64,000 bases of DNA from Minisyncoccota bacterium (lineage in GTDB: Bacteria > Patescibacteriota > Microgenomatia > UBA1400 > PJMF01). This document shows, one piece after another, positions 38,413 through 48,644 of the stretch. A program made the position numbers and the translations under genes. Position 1 is the first letter of the stretch; each line of letters begins with the position of its first letter. The notes under the pieces are model-generated. The model was not told the DNA's origin. It made no database searches and saw only the letters and a program-made list of their open reading frames with translations. The DNA is taken from NCBI GenBank assembly GCA_009991965.1, contig JAACWQ010000003.1:15274-79273 (forward strand), read 5' to 3'.

Positions 38413-38742
38413 TTAAATTGACTGCGTGTCCTTTTGTGTTGATCTAAAGGTAATTTTCATCTTTTTGAGGTCATATTTTGATACGTATCCCTTAACTAAA
38501 TCTCCAGGCAGAACGCGAATTCTAAAAAGTCGCATCTTTCCTACTAAAGTACCAAGAAGTGTTCGACCAATCATCTGTGGGTACTGAGACTGAGTAATCG
38601 AGACATAAAACATAGTATTTGGCAAACATTGAGCAACTTCACCCTCGACTTCAAACCGATCGATCGCAGCAGATTTCTGTCGCGTTGGATCGACCTGTCG
38701 TTTTCCTTTTGCTGATCGCTTGTGATCTTGTACTTTTCCCAT
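38413..38742 (-). CDS. infA: Translation initiation factor IF-1, extended
   Basis: 'EVEGEV..LPNTMF', 'GKMR..RIRVLPGD.V...S.YDL....I.FR'; between map and rpmJ. Confidence 0.88.
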   Translation of the reverse strand: MGKVQDHKRSAKGKRQVDPTRQKSAAIDRFEVEGEVAQCLPNTMFYVSITQSQYPQMIGRTLLGTLVGKMRLFRIRVLPGDLVKGYVSKYDLKKMKITFRSTQKDTQSI

Positions 38743-38763
38743 AGAACCCTTGATTGTACCAAA

Positions 38764-39519
38764 TTATAGGCTTTTTGTCAGGACTTCATGCCCGGTATCT
38801 GTTACAAGCACGGTTTCTTCAAACATTCCAGCAAGTGAGCCATCTTTTGTTCTGTAAGTCCATTCATCGGAGTCAACCATAAGCTCTGGGTTGCCAGCAG
38901 TGTACATGACCTCAATAGCCACAGTTTGGCCTGCTGAAAGTAAAATTCGCTTATCAGCTTTGTCTGCCGCAACTGGGATACTTGGATCCATATGCAGCTG
39001 CACACCAATCCCGTGACCAGTCAATTGATACACCACACCAAAGCCGTGCGCATCCAAAACCTTCTCCATAGCTTTACTTATCGTATAGACCGAAACACCT
39101 GGCTTGACCTTAGCAATAGCTGCTTGCAGGCTTTTTTTACCGATTGCCAAGAACTCTCTCACTTTGGCTGTAGCATCGCCGACTGCAAAGCTAACCGTCG
39201 TATCAAGATGATATCCATCGGAAAGCAAACCTACGTCAATAGTGACAAGATCGCCGTTGCTCACTACACCATTTTGGGGAATACCGTGACAGAGTGCATC
39301 ATTGAGCATAATGCAGGTTGCCCAGCTATAGCCAGGAACAGTCGAAAAACTGGCTGAAACATGATGTTCGCGGAGCAACTTTTGTGCCCAAGATTCGATC
39401 TCCTCAAAGGTAGTGCCGACAACAGTACGACGCGCCAGTTCATCCCGGATTTGGGCCAAAATACGACCACCTCGACGCATTGCTGTGATCTTAAGCTTCG
39501 ATGGCTGCGATGATTGCAT
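38764..39519 (-). CDS. map: Methionine aminopeptidase type I
   Basis: 'HGIP', 'DVG..GYHLD', 'GHGIG..LH', 'AIE', 'FEET'. Confidence 0.95.
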   Translation of the reverse strand: MQSSQPSKLKITAMRRGGRILAQIRDELARRTVVGTTFEEIESWAQKLLREHHVSASFSTVPGYSWATCIMLNDALCHGIPQNGVVSNGDLVTIDVGLLSDGYHLDTTVSFAVGDATAKVREFLAIGKKSLQAAIAKVKPGVSVYTISKAMEKVLDAHGFGVVYQLTGHGIGVQLHMDPSIPVAADKADKRILLSAGQTVAIEVMYTAGNPELMVDSDEWTYRTKDGSLAGMFEETVLVTDTGHEVLTKSL

Positions 39520-40027
39520 CTGATACTTTTTCTATTGAAACCTCACCATCGACAGATCGCAACTTACCTTTTTGGCGATAGTACTCGATCACCGGGGTAG
39601 TTACACCATGAAATAATGAAATTCTCTTCCGAATTGCTGACAGAGTTTCATCTTCTCGCTCAGCAACTCGACCAGAAATTCTCCAAAGTGCTTCTTTGTC
39701 TGAGACATCAATATATATAACATGATCGATTGAACCATTGAATGCTTCTGCCTGCGCTACTGTGCGAGGAAAACCATCTAGTACGAAACCATCCTTGTAC
39801 TCAGGCTTTTTCAGGTAGGTAAGCACTACTTCGAGCGTCGTGTCATCTGGAACAAGCGCTCCGGAGTTGAGTAGTTCTTTGAGCCAACGACCGAGCTTCG
39901 TCTTCTCTTTTGCCATTTCTCTAAAAATATGTCCTGAAGAAAGGTAAGGAATATTGTACTTCTCTGAGAGCATGCTACCCTGTGTCGATTTGCCTGCGCC
40001 TTGAATGCCGATGAGAACTATTTTCAT
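39491..40027 (-). CDS. adk: Adenylate kinase (short, LID-less type)
   Basis: 'GIQGAGKSTQ', 'LDGFPRT'; between secY and map. Confidence 0.93.
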   Translation of the reverse strand: MKIVLIGIQGAGKSTQGSMLSEKYNIPYLSSGHIFREMAKEKTKLGRWLKELLNSGALVPDDTTLEVVLTYLKKPEYKDGFVLDGFPRTVAQAEAFNGSIDHVIYIDVSDKEALWRISGRVAEREDETLSAIRKRISLFHGVTTPVIEYYRQKGKLRSVDGEVSIEKVSDAIIAAIEA

Positions 40028-40054
40028 AGTTTGCCTTTATATGCTATTACTGCT

Positions 40055-41338
40055 TTATGTGTAGCGTTCGTAGTTTTGCTCTACCACCATACTTTCTGCT
40101 TGCTTGGTAGTTTCTAAGATAACTGAAACGACAATAAGCACTCCAGTACCACCGATTGCAAGTGATTGTATATTTGTTAGTAACTGTGCGAGTGAAGGCA
40201 ATATGGCGATAAAGCCAAGAAATAATGCACCAGCGAAAGTGATGCGAGAAACAACAAATTCAAGATATTTTTTGGTAGGAGTACCAGGTCGAATTCCAGG
40301 TAAAAATGCACCGCTCTTTTTTAGTTCAGATGAAATATCTTCGGCATTAAAGAAAATAAGTGCAGAGAAAAAAGTGAAAATCAAAACGATCACGAAGTAC
40401 ACAATCATGTAAATGTAAGAGGTTTGTGCAAACCAAATGCTAATATTTTGCCCCAATGCAACCCATTGTTCTTTGCCAGAAGAAGTGAGAATTCCAGCTA
40501 AAAATGATGGTACGAGCATAAGTGAAACAGCAAAAATAATTGGCAACACACCGGTGACATTTACTCGAATAGGTAAGTGAGTGGTTTGACCACCATATAC
40601 TTTGCTCCCGCGCGTTCGTTTTGCATACTGGATTTGTACCTTACGAACGGCCTCATTCATGTAAACAATCAGAGCGATAACCAAGAGAAAAAGTGTGACA
40701 AAGATCGCAACGGTCATCAGTTGATCAGCAGTGGTGAGTGACCAGACCTGTGCAATAGCAGTCGGCAATTGACTGATGATGCCAGCAAACAAGATCATAG
40801 AAATACCATTGCCCAGACCGTACAGTGTAATGAGTTCACCCAGCCACATGACAATCAGAGAGCCAGTGATAAGCGAGAGAATTATTGCGCCCAAGATGAC
40901 TGGATCAGATGCGAGCAACAAATCTTGCGAACGAAGCAAGGCAAGCACAGAAATACTCTGGACGATACCGAGCGGAACTGACAGCAATCGAGTATATTGA
41001 TTAACTTTTTCTCGACCACTTTCACCCTCTTTTTGCATTTCCTTGAGTTTTGGAATGACCATACCTGCAAGCTGCATCACAATCGAAGCGGTGATATAGG
41101 GATTGATTCCAACTGCTGCAATCGAAAACCGAGCGAGCGTACCACCAGAAAAAACATTGAGTAAACTCAAAAATTGACTGCCATTAAATAACTGCTCTAA
41201 GCGAGTGATATCTACACCAGGGAGTGGTATATGGGCCAAAACACGAAACACCAAAAAGACTCCTGCAGTGAAGAGGAGCTTTTTTCTCAGTTGTGGGGCG
41301 GACGCTATTTTTTGGAAGAGGGTTAAAAATCTCTGCAC
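40055..41338 (-). CDS. secY: Preprotein translocase SecY
   Basis: '[10 protein letters not shown]', 'WLGE..GLGNGIS', 'GVLPIIFA', 'PGIRPG'. Confidence 0.99.
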   Translation of the reverse strand: MQRFLTLFQKIASAPQLRKKLLFTAGVFLVFRVLAHIPLPGVDITRLEQLFNGSQFLSLLNVFSGGTLARFSIAAVGINPYITASIVMQLAGMVIPKLKEMQKEGESGREKVNQYTRLLSVPLGIVQSISVLALLRSQDLLLASDPVILGAIILSLITGSLIVMWLGELITLYGLGNGISMILFAGIISQLPTAIAQVWSLTTADQLMTVAIFVTLFLLVIALIVYMNEAVRKVQIQYAKRTRGSKVYGGQTTHLPIRVNVTGVLPIIFAVSLMLVPSFLAGILTSSGKEQWVALGQNISIWFAQTSYIYMIVYFVIVLIFTFFSALIFFNAEDISSELKKSGAFLPGIRPGTPTKKYLEFVVSRITFAGALFLGFIAILPSLAQLLTNIQSLAIGGTGVLIVVSVILETTKQAESMVVEQNYERYT

Positions 41339-41346
41339 GATGTAGG

Positions 41347-41796
41347 TTATGTACTCTGCGTAATACTACCACCTGCTGCTACAATTTTTTTCTGGGCACC
41401 TGGAGTTACTACCAAACCAATCAGTGTTAATTTCTTGGTAATTTCTCCCGTACTAATGACTTTTACACCCTGTGCTCGTGAGCCAATGATCTTTTCTAAT
41501 TTCAATGTTTGGAGCGTTACTTCGGTCGCTGTTATTCTGTTTAACTCAGTCAGTGTGAGCTCAACTCGCTTGCCAAAAGAAACAAACTTACCCTTACCAC
41601 GCAGCATTGGCATACGCTTGATAAGCGGAAGCTGTCCGCCTTCAAACCACAATGGAACCGTGCTACCCGATCGAGATTTTTGTCCTTTTTGTCCTCTACC
41701 AACAGTGTGACCACCTACTCCAGATCCATAACCACGACCAAGACGCTTGCGTTGTTTGGCTGAAGTTGCGAGTAATTTAGAGAGTAAACTTGGCAT
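41347..41796 (-). CDS. rplO: 50S ribosomal protein L15
   Basis: '[19 protein letters not shown]', 'FEGGQLP'. Confidence 0.98.
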   Translation of the reverse strand: MPSLLSKLLATSAKQRKRLGRGYGSGVGGHTVGRGQKGQKSRSGSTVPLWFEGGQLPLIKRMPMLRGKGKFVSFGKRVELTLTELNRITATEVTLQTLKLEKIIGSRAQGVKVISTGEITKKLTLIGLVVTPGAQKKIVAAGGSITQST

Positions 41797-41801
41797 GGAA
41801 C

Positions 41802-42443
41802 TTATTTTTTCTTAGCTGGTTTTTTTGCTACAATCACTTTTTTCTTTTTTGCAACCGGCTTTACTTCTTTTTTGACTTCTACCGCTGTTTCTTTCTTTAC
41901 TTCGCTCAATCGTTTTTGCTCTTCTTTTACCTTAACAACTTCTTCTGATTCTACTTGAGCGATAGATTTGAGGGTGATGCCCTTCAATTTCACTATCTGT
42001 GAAATCTGTGTCAATGCAGCAAAAGTTGTGTACACATTTGAGGCTTGGTTTTGTGTTCCCAAAATTTTACTCGAAATGTCTCGAATACCAGCTGCTTCGA
42101 CTACGGCACGAACTGGACCACCAGCAATAACTCCTGATCCCTTTGGCGCTGGTTTCAGCAAGACTTGGCCTGCACCTTTTTTCATAACAATTCGGAATGG
42201 AATAGTGGTGCCATCGATAGGAACAGTGATCATATGTTTCTTGGCTTTTTTGATGCCTTTTTGAATAGCGGTAACCACATCTTTTGCTTTACCAAGACCG
42301 ACGCCGACTTTGCCTTTTCGATCACCAACAACCATGAGTACGGAAAAGCCTACCTTACTGCCACCCTTTGTCTTTTTTGAAACACGGGAAATCTGGATAA
42401 CCTTCTCATCGAACTCTGATACTTGATTGTACTGATCTGCCAT
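41802..42443 (-). CDS. rpsE: 30S ribosomal protein S5 with a Lys-rich tail
   Basis: 'RVSKKTKGG', 'VVGD..G.VG.G.GKA', 'GSGVIAGG'. Confidence 0.98.
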   Translation of the reverse strand: MADQYNQVSEFDEKVIQISRVSKKTKGGSKVGFSVLMVVGDRKGKVGVGLGKAKDVVTAIQKGIKKAKKHMITVPIDGTTIPFRIVMKKGAGQVLLKPAPKGSGVIAGGPVRAVVEAAGIRDISSKILGTQNQASNVYTTFAALTQISQIVKLKGITLKSIAQVESEEVVKVKEEQKRLSEVKKETAVEVKKEVKPVAKKKKVIVAKKPAKKK

Positions 42444-42450
42444 AAGAATC

Positions 42451-42813
42451 CTATATTGTAATGCCTTCTGTACGTAATGTCTGGACAAACTCGCGGATTC
42501 TGCCTAAATAAGGATATTGGCCGCGATCAAAAATTGCTGCTGGAATTTTTCGATTCTTCAGCTCTGCAGCAACTGCTACCGCAAGCTTGTTGGAAAGCTG
42601 GGTTTTTGTCGCTGGCTCTTTTGCAGAGCGTTGTGTTTTTGAGTGCAAGCCAAACAATGTTTTTTGTGCTTCATCGTCGATCACCTGTACCTGAAAATTC
42701 TTGTTTGAGCGAAGAACAGAAATACGAGGTCTACCTGCAGTACCGCATAATTTGGCGCGAACTCTGCGTTGGCGAATTTGATTTCTAGTAAGTTGGTGAA
42801 ATGCTTGCGTCAT
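42451..42813 (-). CDS. rplR: 50S ribosomal protein L18
   Basis: 'RPRISVLRSNK', 'FDRGQYPYLGR'. Confidence 0.96.
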   Translation of the reverse strand: MTQAFHQLTRNQIRQRRVRAKLCGTAGRPRISVLRSNKNFQVQVIDDEAQKTLFGLHSKTQRSAKEPATKTQLSNKLAVAVAAELKNRKIPAAIFDRGQYPYLGRIREFVQTLRTEGITI

Positions 42814-42830
42814 GATTGTTCTTGCAGCTT

Positions 42831-43370
42831 TTATGCAGCAGCAGCTTTACCTTGTTTACGTTTGACTACTTCTCCCTCATATCGCACACCCTTGCCTTTA
42901 TATGGCTCTGGTGGTCTCATGGCTCTGATTTCTGCAGCGATTTGGCCCACTCGTTGTTTGTCGATTCCAGTGATGATGATTGTTTCTGTATCTGGTACTG
43001 AGAATGTAATTCCAGTAACTGCTGGCTGGATGATCGGGTGCGAATAACCAAGTGCGAGCGAAATTCCTGATCCTTTTGCCTGAGCTCTATATCCTGTACC
43101 AACCAATTTTAATGTTTTTGTGAATCCTGCGCTTACGCCAACAGTTGCATTCTGTAGCAAACTGCGGATAAGTCCGTGATTCGCCTTGCTCTGTCGAGTA
43201 TCGTTGGATCGAGTTACACTAACTTCCTCCGCTGTTTGAGTAAAAGAAATACCGTTGAGCAATGTAACGGATAGTTCTCCCTTCGAACCCTTCACGACAG
43301 CCACTCGGCCAGTTTGTGTGAGCGTTACTCCAGATGGAATGCTAATGGGGGTGCGTCCAATTTTTGACAT
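42831..43370 (-). CDS. rplF: 50S ribosomal protein L6
   Basis: 'MSKIGR', 'PEPYKGKGVRY'. Confidence 0.98.
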   Translation of the reverse strand: MSKIGRTPISIPSGVTLTQTGRVAVVKGSKGELSVTLLNGISFTQTAEEVSVTRSNDTRQSKANHGLIRSLLQNATVGVSAGFTKTLKLVGTGYRAQAKGSGISLALGYSHPIIQPAVTGITFSVPDTETIIITGIDKQRVGQIAAEIRAMRPPEPYKGKGVRYEGEVVKRKQGKAAAA

Positions 43371-43373
43371 GTG

Positions 43374-43763
43374 TTACCAAATCTGACAAAGGAGCTCTCC
43401 GCCCACTTTGCGCTTTCGCGCTTCTTTATCTGATAATAATCCTTGATTCGTTGACAAGATTGTGATGCCGTAGCCACCGAGTGCTCGAGGAATTTTGTTT
43501 GCAGGTGCATATACTCTGCGGCCTGGTTTTGAGAGTCTCTTGACATCATTTACTACCGATACCCGATTGTTGTACTTCAATTTCACGACTAAGGTTGGAA
43601 ATTGGCCAGTCGTAACTTGCTCAATTTTGGTAATGTAGCCTTCCCGCACTAAAATTTCACCAAGTGAGTGTCGCATCTTTGAGTACGGCAGCTCCACAAT
43701 GTCGTGATGTGCTCGAAGTGCGTTTTTGATTCTGATGATAAAATCTGCTATTGGATCTGTCAT
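43374..43763 (-). CDS. rpsH: 30S ribosomal protein S8
   Basis: 'DPIADFIIRIKN', 'SKPGRRVY', 'VGGE'. Confidence 0.98.
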   Translation of the reverse strand: MTDPIADFIIRIKNALRAHHDIVELPYSKMRHSLGEILVREGYITKIEQVTTGQFPTLVVKLKYNNRVSVVNDVKRLSKPGRRVYAPANKIPRALGGYGITILSTNQGLLSDKEARKRKVGGELLCQIW

Positions 43764-43764
43764 G

Positions 43765-43995
43765 TTACTTACTTGCCTTTACGACACCAGGTAATTCGCC
43801 CTTGAGTGCTAATTCTCTAAAGGTTAAGCGACTCAACCCAAAGAAGCGCATATACGCCTTTGGTCGGCCGGTTATTTTACATCGGTTTACTCCTCGAGTC
43901 GAGACTCGATTGTACTTCTTCTCACCAGAGAGACGTAGTGCCTCACGCTTCATGAGCAATTTTGATGATTTAGCGATTTTAGATTTCTTTGCCAT
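43765..43995 (-). CDS. rpsN: 30S ribosomal protein S14 (Zn-free type, 76 aa)
   Basis: '[23 protein letters not shown]'. Confidence 0.96.
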   Translation of the reverse strand: MAKKSKIAKSSKLLMKREALRLSGEKKYNRVSTRGVNRCKITGRPKAYMRFFGLSRLTFRELALKGELPGVVKASK

Positions 43996-44001
43996 ACTCC
44001 A

Positions 44002-44571
44002 TTACTTTCTTGTAGTACCTGCTTCTTTGACAAACGGCATTCCGAGTAAAGTGAACAATCGCAATGCGTTCTCATTGTTCTCAGCCGTTGTAACAAACAC
44101 TGCCTGGAAGCTTCTGATTTTCTCTACCATATCATAGCTTACCTCTGGAAAAATGATTTGCTCTTCAATTCCCAAACTGTAATTTCCATTGCCATCGAAA
44201 CCAGTATTTGAGACACCTTGAAAATCTTTTACCCGAGGAAGGGCAACAGTGAGCAACTTTTCGAAGAACTGCCACATTCGTTTGCCACGCAGCGTAACTC
44301 TCACTCCAAGTGGGTCGCCTGCACGTAGTTTAAAGGTAGCAATAGATTTGCGTGCAAGCGTGATATTTGGCTTCTGACCAGTCATTGCCATAAATTGTAG
44401 GGCAATATTTTCGAGCACTGGTTTACGAGCACGAGGATCTTGTGGATCACTCACACCCATATTTACCACGATTTTGAGTAATCTTGGCACTGCAAATGCG
44501 CTCTTCACGCCCATCTCTTTTTTGAGCGCTGGCACGACGGTGTCTTGGTAGTGTTGTTGTAAGGCTGTCAT
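44002..44571 (-). CDS. rplE: 50S ribosomal protein L5
   Basis: 'KIVVNMG', 'TGQKP', 'VTLRG', 'FDGNGNY..G..EQIIFPE'. Confidence 0.98.
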   Translation of the reverse strand: MTALQQHYQDTVVPALKKEMGVKSAFAVPRLLKIVVNMGVSDPQDPRARKPVLENIALQFMAMTGQKPNITLARKSIATFKLRAGDPLGVRVTLRGKRMWQFFEKLLTVALPRVKDFQGVSNTGFDGNGNYSLGIEEQIIFPEVSYDMVEKIRSFQAVFVTTAENNENALRLFTLLGMPFVKEAGTTRK

Positions 44572-44897
44572 TATTTCTTCTTTGCAACTTTCGCTACTGG
44601 AGCTATTGCGCCAGATTTCTTAAAAATTCTCGTTTTTGTTCCACCTTTGATCTCAAAACCAATTCTATCTTGTTTGCCTTTTTCGTTGAGCACTGCGATC
44701 TTGCTCATAGGTAGTGGCCGTTCAACTTTGCGAATCTCACCAGGTTGACCATCTCTTGGCTTAACGTGACGAGAGTACATATTTGCTCCTGGAACCACGA
44801 CTTTCTGTTCCTTTGGAAAAATCTTAAAGATCTCTCCAGTCATACCTTTATCTCTGCCAGAGGTAACAAGCACTTTATCGCCGACGAATACTTTCAT
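44571..44897 (-). CDS. rplX: 50S ribosomal protein L24
   Basis: KOW motif 'GDKVLVTSGRDKG'; synteny. Confidence 0.96.
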   Translation of the reverse strand: MKVFVGDKVLVTSGRDKGMTGEIFKIFPKEQKVVVPGANMYSRHVKPRDGQPGEIRKVERPLPMSKIAVLNEKGKQDRIGFEIKGGTKTRIFKKSGAIAPVAKVAKKK

Positions 44898-44899
44898 AG

Positions 44900-45274
44900 T
44901 TATAATACCTCTGGTGCTAAACTCGCGATTTTTGCAAATCCTCTATTCTTTACTTCTCGGGCTACTGGGCCAAAAACACGGGTGCCAACTGGAATTGTGT
45001 TTTTTACAGACTCAATAATAACTGCAGCATTGTCATCAAATCGAATATATGTGCCATTGCTTCTGCGAAGCTCTTTTCTGGTACGCACAATCACAGCTTT
45101 AACTTTGTCACCTTTGCGGATTGCAGATTGAGGATCTGCGGCAAGCACTGATGCTGCCACAATATCACCAATGTGACCAAAGCGTCGTTTCGAGCCACCA
45201 TGCACTTGGATAACTCTTAGGCGTTTTGGGCCACTGTTATCACAGACAGCTAGTACGGTTCTTAGTTGAATCAT
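44900..45274 (-). CDS. rplN: 50S ribosomal protein L14
   Basis: 'DNSG', 'IRFDDNAAV', '[11 protein letters not shown]', 'SLAPEVL'. Confidence 0.98.
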   Translation of the reverse strand: MIQLRTVLAVCDNSGPKRLRVIQVHGGSKRRFGHIGDIVAASVLAADPQSAIRKGDKVKAVIVRTRKELRRSNGTYIRFDDNAAVIIESVKNTIPVGTRVFGPVAREVKNRGFAKIASLAPEVL

Positions 45275-45519
45275 GCTACCTTTGTCACTTTCGGTACAAT
45301 CTGGATAACTTTAAATCGTTTTGTTCTACTCATCGGTCGGCAAGATTCGATAATGACCTCATTGCCTTCTTCGAGTTTCAGCTCAGTGTAATGACAAGCA
45401 TATCTCTTAGTTCTCATAACTGACTTGCCGTAAATAGGATGCTTCCACTGTCGAGCAACCGTCACCTGTGCAGTCTGTGGTGTTTTGAGTGTGGTTACGA
45501 TACCTTGTAGCTGTTTCAT
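45271..45519 (-). CDS. rpsQ: 30S ribosomal protein S17
   Basis: 'HPIYGK', '[13 protein letters not shown]'. Confidence 0.96.
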   Translation of the reverse strand: MKQLQGIVTTLKTPQTAQVTVARQWKHPIYGKSVMRTKRYACHYTELKLEEGNEVIIESCRPMSRTKRFKVIQIVPKVTKVA

Positions 45520-45725
45520 GCTGTTGCTGCCTTCATTTTTTCTGTTAGAACCGTCTGTACACGCGCGATATCTTTTGCCAAGTGAGTGACTTGAGCAACG
45601 TTGGCTAACTTGCTTGCAAATTTTTGCATTCTGAGTGAAACAAAAGAAAGTCGCAGTTCTGTGAGCTTTTGCGTCAGCTCTGCTGTTTCTAGTTCATGTA
45701 GTTTGCGAATATCGTTTTGTTTCAT
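45516..45725 (-). CDS. rpmC: 50S ribosomal protein L29
   Basis: 'KDIARVQTVL'; synteny. Confidence 0.93.
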   Translation of the reverse strand: MKQNDIRKLHELETAELTQKLTELRLSFVSLRMQKFASKLANVAQVTHLAKDIARVQTVLTEKMKAATA

Positions 45726-45727
45726 AT

Positions 45728-46132
45728 TTATTTCTTCAAAAAAGCTGTTTTAACAGATAGCTTATGTCCTGCTTTAGCAAATGCAATTCGTGCCGTTTCT
45801 TCTGTTACTCCTGAGAGTTCAAATAAAACTGAACCTGGTCTCACTACTGCTACATGCTCCTCTATCGCTCCTTTACCCGAACCCATTTTGACTCCAACTG
45901 GCTTTTTGGTAATTGGCTTGTGTGGAAACACACGAATCCAATATTTACCAGCCCGTTTGGTCATAAACGTAATTTTTTTACGTGCTGCCTCAATCTGTCG
46001 ACCAGATACCCAGCCGCTCGTTGTAGCTTGGAGACCAAAATCTCCAAAAGCAACATCGACACCTCTGGTAGCAACACCTCGGCGTTTGCCTCTAAATTGC
46101 TTGCGGAATTTTTCTTTCCTTGGCTGCAGCAT
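45728..46132 (-). CDS. rplP: 50S ribosomal protein L16
   Basis: 'QIEAAR', 'WIRVFPHKP', 'MGSGKG'. Confidence 0.98.
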   Translation of the reverse strand: MLQPRKEKFRKQFRGKRRGVATRGVDVAFGDFGLQATTSGWVSGRQIEAARKKITFMTKRAGKYWIRVFPHKPITKKPVGVKMGSGKGAIEEHVAVVRPGSVLFELSGVTEETARIAFAKAGHKLSVKTAFLKK

Positions 46133-46134
46133 GA

Positions 46135-46785
46135 TTAGAGTACCTCTCCCTTATAGATCCAAACCTTGATGCCGACGAATCCTGAACGAGTTCGCGCGGC
46201 CTCTTCAAAGTAATCTATATTTGCACGCAATGTCTGTGTTGGCACACTACCCTTTGAGTATTTTTCATTGCGGCCAATTTCTGCTCCACCAATTCTTCCC
46301 GAAAGTTCAATCTTTACCCCGAGTGCACCTGCTTGCATCACTCGCTCGATAGCTTGTTGAACAGCTCTGCGATGTGGATATCGCTTGAGAAGTTGATTTT
46401 GAATTCTCTCAACAACTAATTTTGCACTCAGATCTGGTTTATTGACTTCTTCTACGCGTAAATCAATTTTAACTCGATCTTTCTTGAGTTTTGAGACATT
46501 GAGTAAACGCTCGACATCTTTTTTTACTTCTTCAAGATTTGCGCCACCTCGACCGATTACAACGCCTGGTCGGGAGACAAATAAAACAATTTTAATGATC
46601 GTTAAAGAGCGTTCGATATCTACTTGCACCACACCTGCTGTTAGCAACTTCTTCTTCAGGTGCTCACGTAATCGATAATCTTCGATCACGGTGTCGCTAT
46701 ATTCTGCTGGTTCAGCAAACCAGCGCGACTTCCAACCGAAAGTATTGCCGACACGAAAACCAGTTGGATGTACTTTTTGTCCCAT
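46135..46785 (-). CDS. rpsC: 30S ribosomal protein S3
   Basis: 'MGQKVHP', 'RPGVVIGRGG', 'GRIGGAEI', 'GIKVWIY'. Confidence 0.98.
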   Translation of the reverse strand: MGQKVHPTGFRVGNTFGWKSRWFAEPAEYSDTVIEDYRLREHLKKKLLTAGVVQVDIERSLTIIKIVLFVSRPGVVIGRGGANLEEVKKDVERLLNVSKLKKDRVKIDLRVEEVNKPDLSAKLVVERIQNQLLKRYPHRRAVQQAIERVMQAGALGVKIELSGRIGGAEIGRNEKYSKGSVPTQTLRANIDYFEEAARTRSGFVGIKVWIYKGEVL

Positions 46786-46819
46786 ATTTTTTACCAGAGG
46801 GGTATTGTACTACACTCTC

Positions 46820-47203
46820 CTACTTTTTACTCGGCTTTTTTGTACTTACTACTACTTTTTTTGGCTTTGTTGCAACCTCTTCGAGCTCCAAAATTACATG
46901 ACTCGCCAATTTAACGATGCTGTGGGCTCGTCCTCGACTGACTGCACGAAATCGCTTATAGCGAGCTCCCTCGTTTACTTGAATTGATTTAATCTGTAAT
47001 TGATCTACTGAAAGATTGTGATTGTGTTGCGCATTTGCCAATGCTTGACGAAACACCTTCAGCAACACAAGTGCCGAGCGTCGTTCGATAACGGCAAGCT
47101 GCTTGAGCGCGTTTTCGACCGAAAGACTGCGAACGGCATCAGCCGCAAAGCGAATTTTTCTTGGTGTTTGTCTGGTATTTTTTTGAACTACTCTAATGGT
47201 CAT
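46820..47203 (-). CDS. rplV: 50S ribosomal protein L22
   Basis: 'PRKIR', 'ANAQHN', 'RGRA'. Confidence 0.96.
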   Translation of the reverse strand: MTIRVVQKNTRQTPRKIRFAADAVRSLSVENALKQLAVIERRSALVLLKVFRQALANAQHNHNLSVDQLQIKSIQVNEGARYKRFRAVSRGRAHSIVKLASHVILELEEVATKPKKVVVSTKKPSKK

Positions 47204-47208
47204 ATAGT

Positions 47209-47493
47209 TTAGGTCTTAGTAAGTACTCGCTTTACAATTCTGCCGTGACCGCGGAAGGTTCTGGTTGGAGCAAACTCTCCCAACTTATGACCAACCATGG
47301 CTTCACTAATAAAGACTTCGACAAATACCTTGCCTTGATGGACGAGGAACGTGTGTCCCACAAAATCAGGACTGATCACAGAGTGTCGGCTCCAAGTCTT
47401 GATAGCAGTTTTGTCACCACTCTGCTTCTGCTTCATCACCTTGATGAGCAATTTTGGTTCTACGAATGGTCCTTTTTTACTTGATCTAGACAT
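47209..47493 (-). CDS. rpsS: 30S ribosomal protein S19
   Basis: 'RSSKKGPF', 'KTWSR', 'MVGHKLGEF'. Confidence 0.98.
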   Translation of the reverse strand: MSRSSKKGPFVEPKLLIKVMKQKQSGDKTAIKTWSRHSVISPDFVGHTFLVHQGKVFVEVFISEAMVGHKLGEFAPTRTFRGHGRIVKRVLTKT

Positions 47494-47495
47494 GA

Positions 47496-48332
47496 TTATT
47501 TTTTGCTCCGTCTATCACGTACGATAAATTTTTTACTTGTCTTTCGCTTACTACGAGTCTTCGTACCAAATGCATGTTTGCCCCATGGTGTCTTTGGATA
47601 CTTCATACCAACACCACTTCGACCCTCACCACCTCCATGTGGATGACTACCAGGGTGTTGTGCGGTCCCACGAACAGTTGGGCGAATACCGAGTAATCGT
47701 TTTCTGCCAGCTTTACCAAGCTTGCGACCCTTCCACTCTTGATTACCAACCTGGCCGATTGTAGCGATACAATCGAGCTTTAGCAATCGAAGTTCTTTTG
47801 AAGGCAGTAAAACTGTAGCGAACTTACCCTCTTTTGATTGAATAAGCGCTCCTGTACCAGCACCACGAACGATTTGGGCACCCTTGCCTGGAGTAACTTC
47901 TAGGTTGTGAATAATGACGCCAATAGGGATATTTGCCAGTGGTAATGCATTGCCGGGGCGAATCTCAGCAGTTGTACCTGCCATGATTGTATCGTTTGGC
48001 TCCAAACCTTCTGGGCAAAGTTGATAGGTTTTTTCGCCATCTGGATATTGAATGAGTGCAATATGTGCACTGCGCATGGGATCGTACTCAATTCGTTGTA
48101 CAACACCTGCAATATCACGTTTACTACGCTTCCAATCAATTACGCGTAAACGCTTTTTGACGCCGCCGCCGCGATGACGAACAGTGATGTGTCCTCGAAA
48201 ACCCCTTCCCTGTCGTTTTATGTGACCTGAAACGAGAAGTGATTTTTCTGGAGCTCCCTTGTGTAAGAGGGAACGGTCAATTACAACTTGATTTCTTCTA
48301 CCTGCGCTGGTTGGTTTGCGTGCTATTAACAT
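47496..48332 (-). CDS. rplB: 50S ribosomal protein L2
   Basis: 'RHRGGG', 'IEYDP.RS', 'HPHGGGEG', 'TPWG'. Confidence 0.99.
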   Translation of the reverse strand: MLIARKPTSAGRRNQVVIDRSLLHKGAPEKSLLVSGHIKRQGRGFRGHITVRHRGGGVKKRLRVIDWKRSKRDIAGVVQRIEYDPMRSAHIALIQYPDGEKTYQLCPEGLEPNDTIMAGTTAEIRPGNALPLANIPIGVIIHNLEVTPGKGAQIVRGAGTGALIQSKEGKFATVLLPSKELRLLKLDCIATIGQVGNQEWKGRKLGKAGRKRLLGIRPTVRGTAQHPGSHPHGGGEGRSGVGMKYPKTPWGKHAFGTKTRSKRKTSKKFIVRDRRSKK

Positions 48333-48335
48333 AGT

Positions 48336-48644
48336 TTATGCCGTTTTTTCTTCTGATCCTAAATTGAATAAGTCAATGCTATCGCCTGCCTTTAGTGTGA
48401 CAAGCGCTCGTTTAACTTTTATCTTTTTGGAGAGCAAGCGTTTTTTGCCAACTCTTTTACTATGCGACGCGTACATAAGTGTGCGGACGGCCAAAACAGA
48501 AACAGAGAAGATCGTTTCAATTGCTTCTTTTACCTGATTTTTAGTAGCCGTAGTAGCTACTTCAAAAGTATATGCATTTTCAGTCGAAGCCAAATGGTAC
48601 GTCTTTTCGGTAATGATTGGTTTTTTAATTGCGAATGTTTGCAT
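48336..48644 (-). CDS. rplW: 50S ribosomal protein L23
   Basis: 'PIITEK', 'ATKNQVK', 'KRALVTL'. Confidence 0.96.
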   Translation of the reverse strand: MQTFAIKKPIITEKTYHLASTENAYTFEVATTATKNQVKEAIETIFSVSVLAVRTLMYASHSKRVGKKRLLSKKIKVKRALVTLKAGDSIDLFNLGSEEKTA

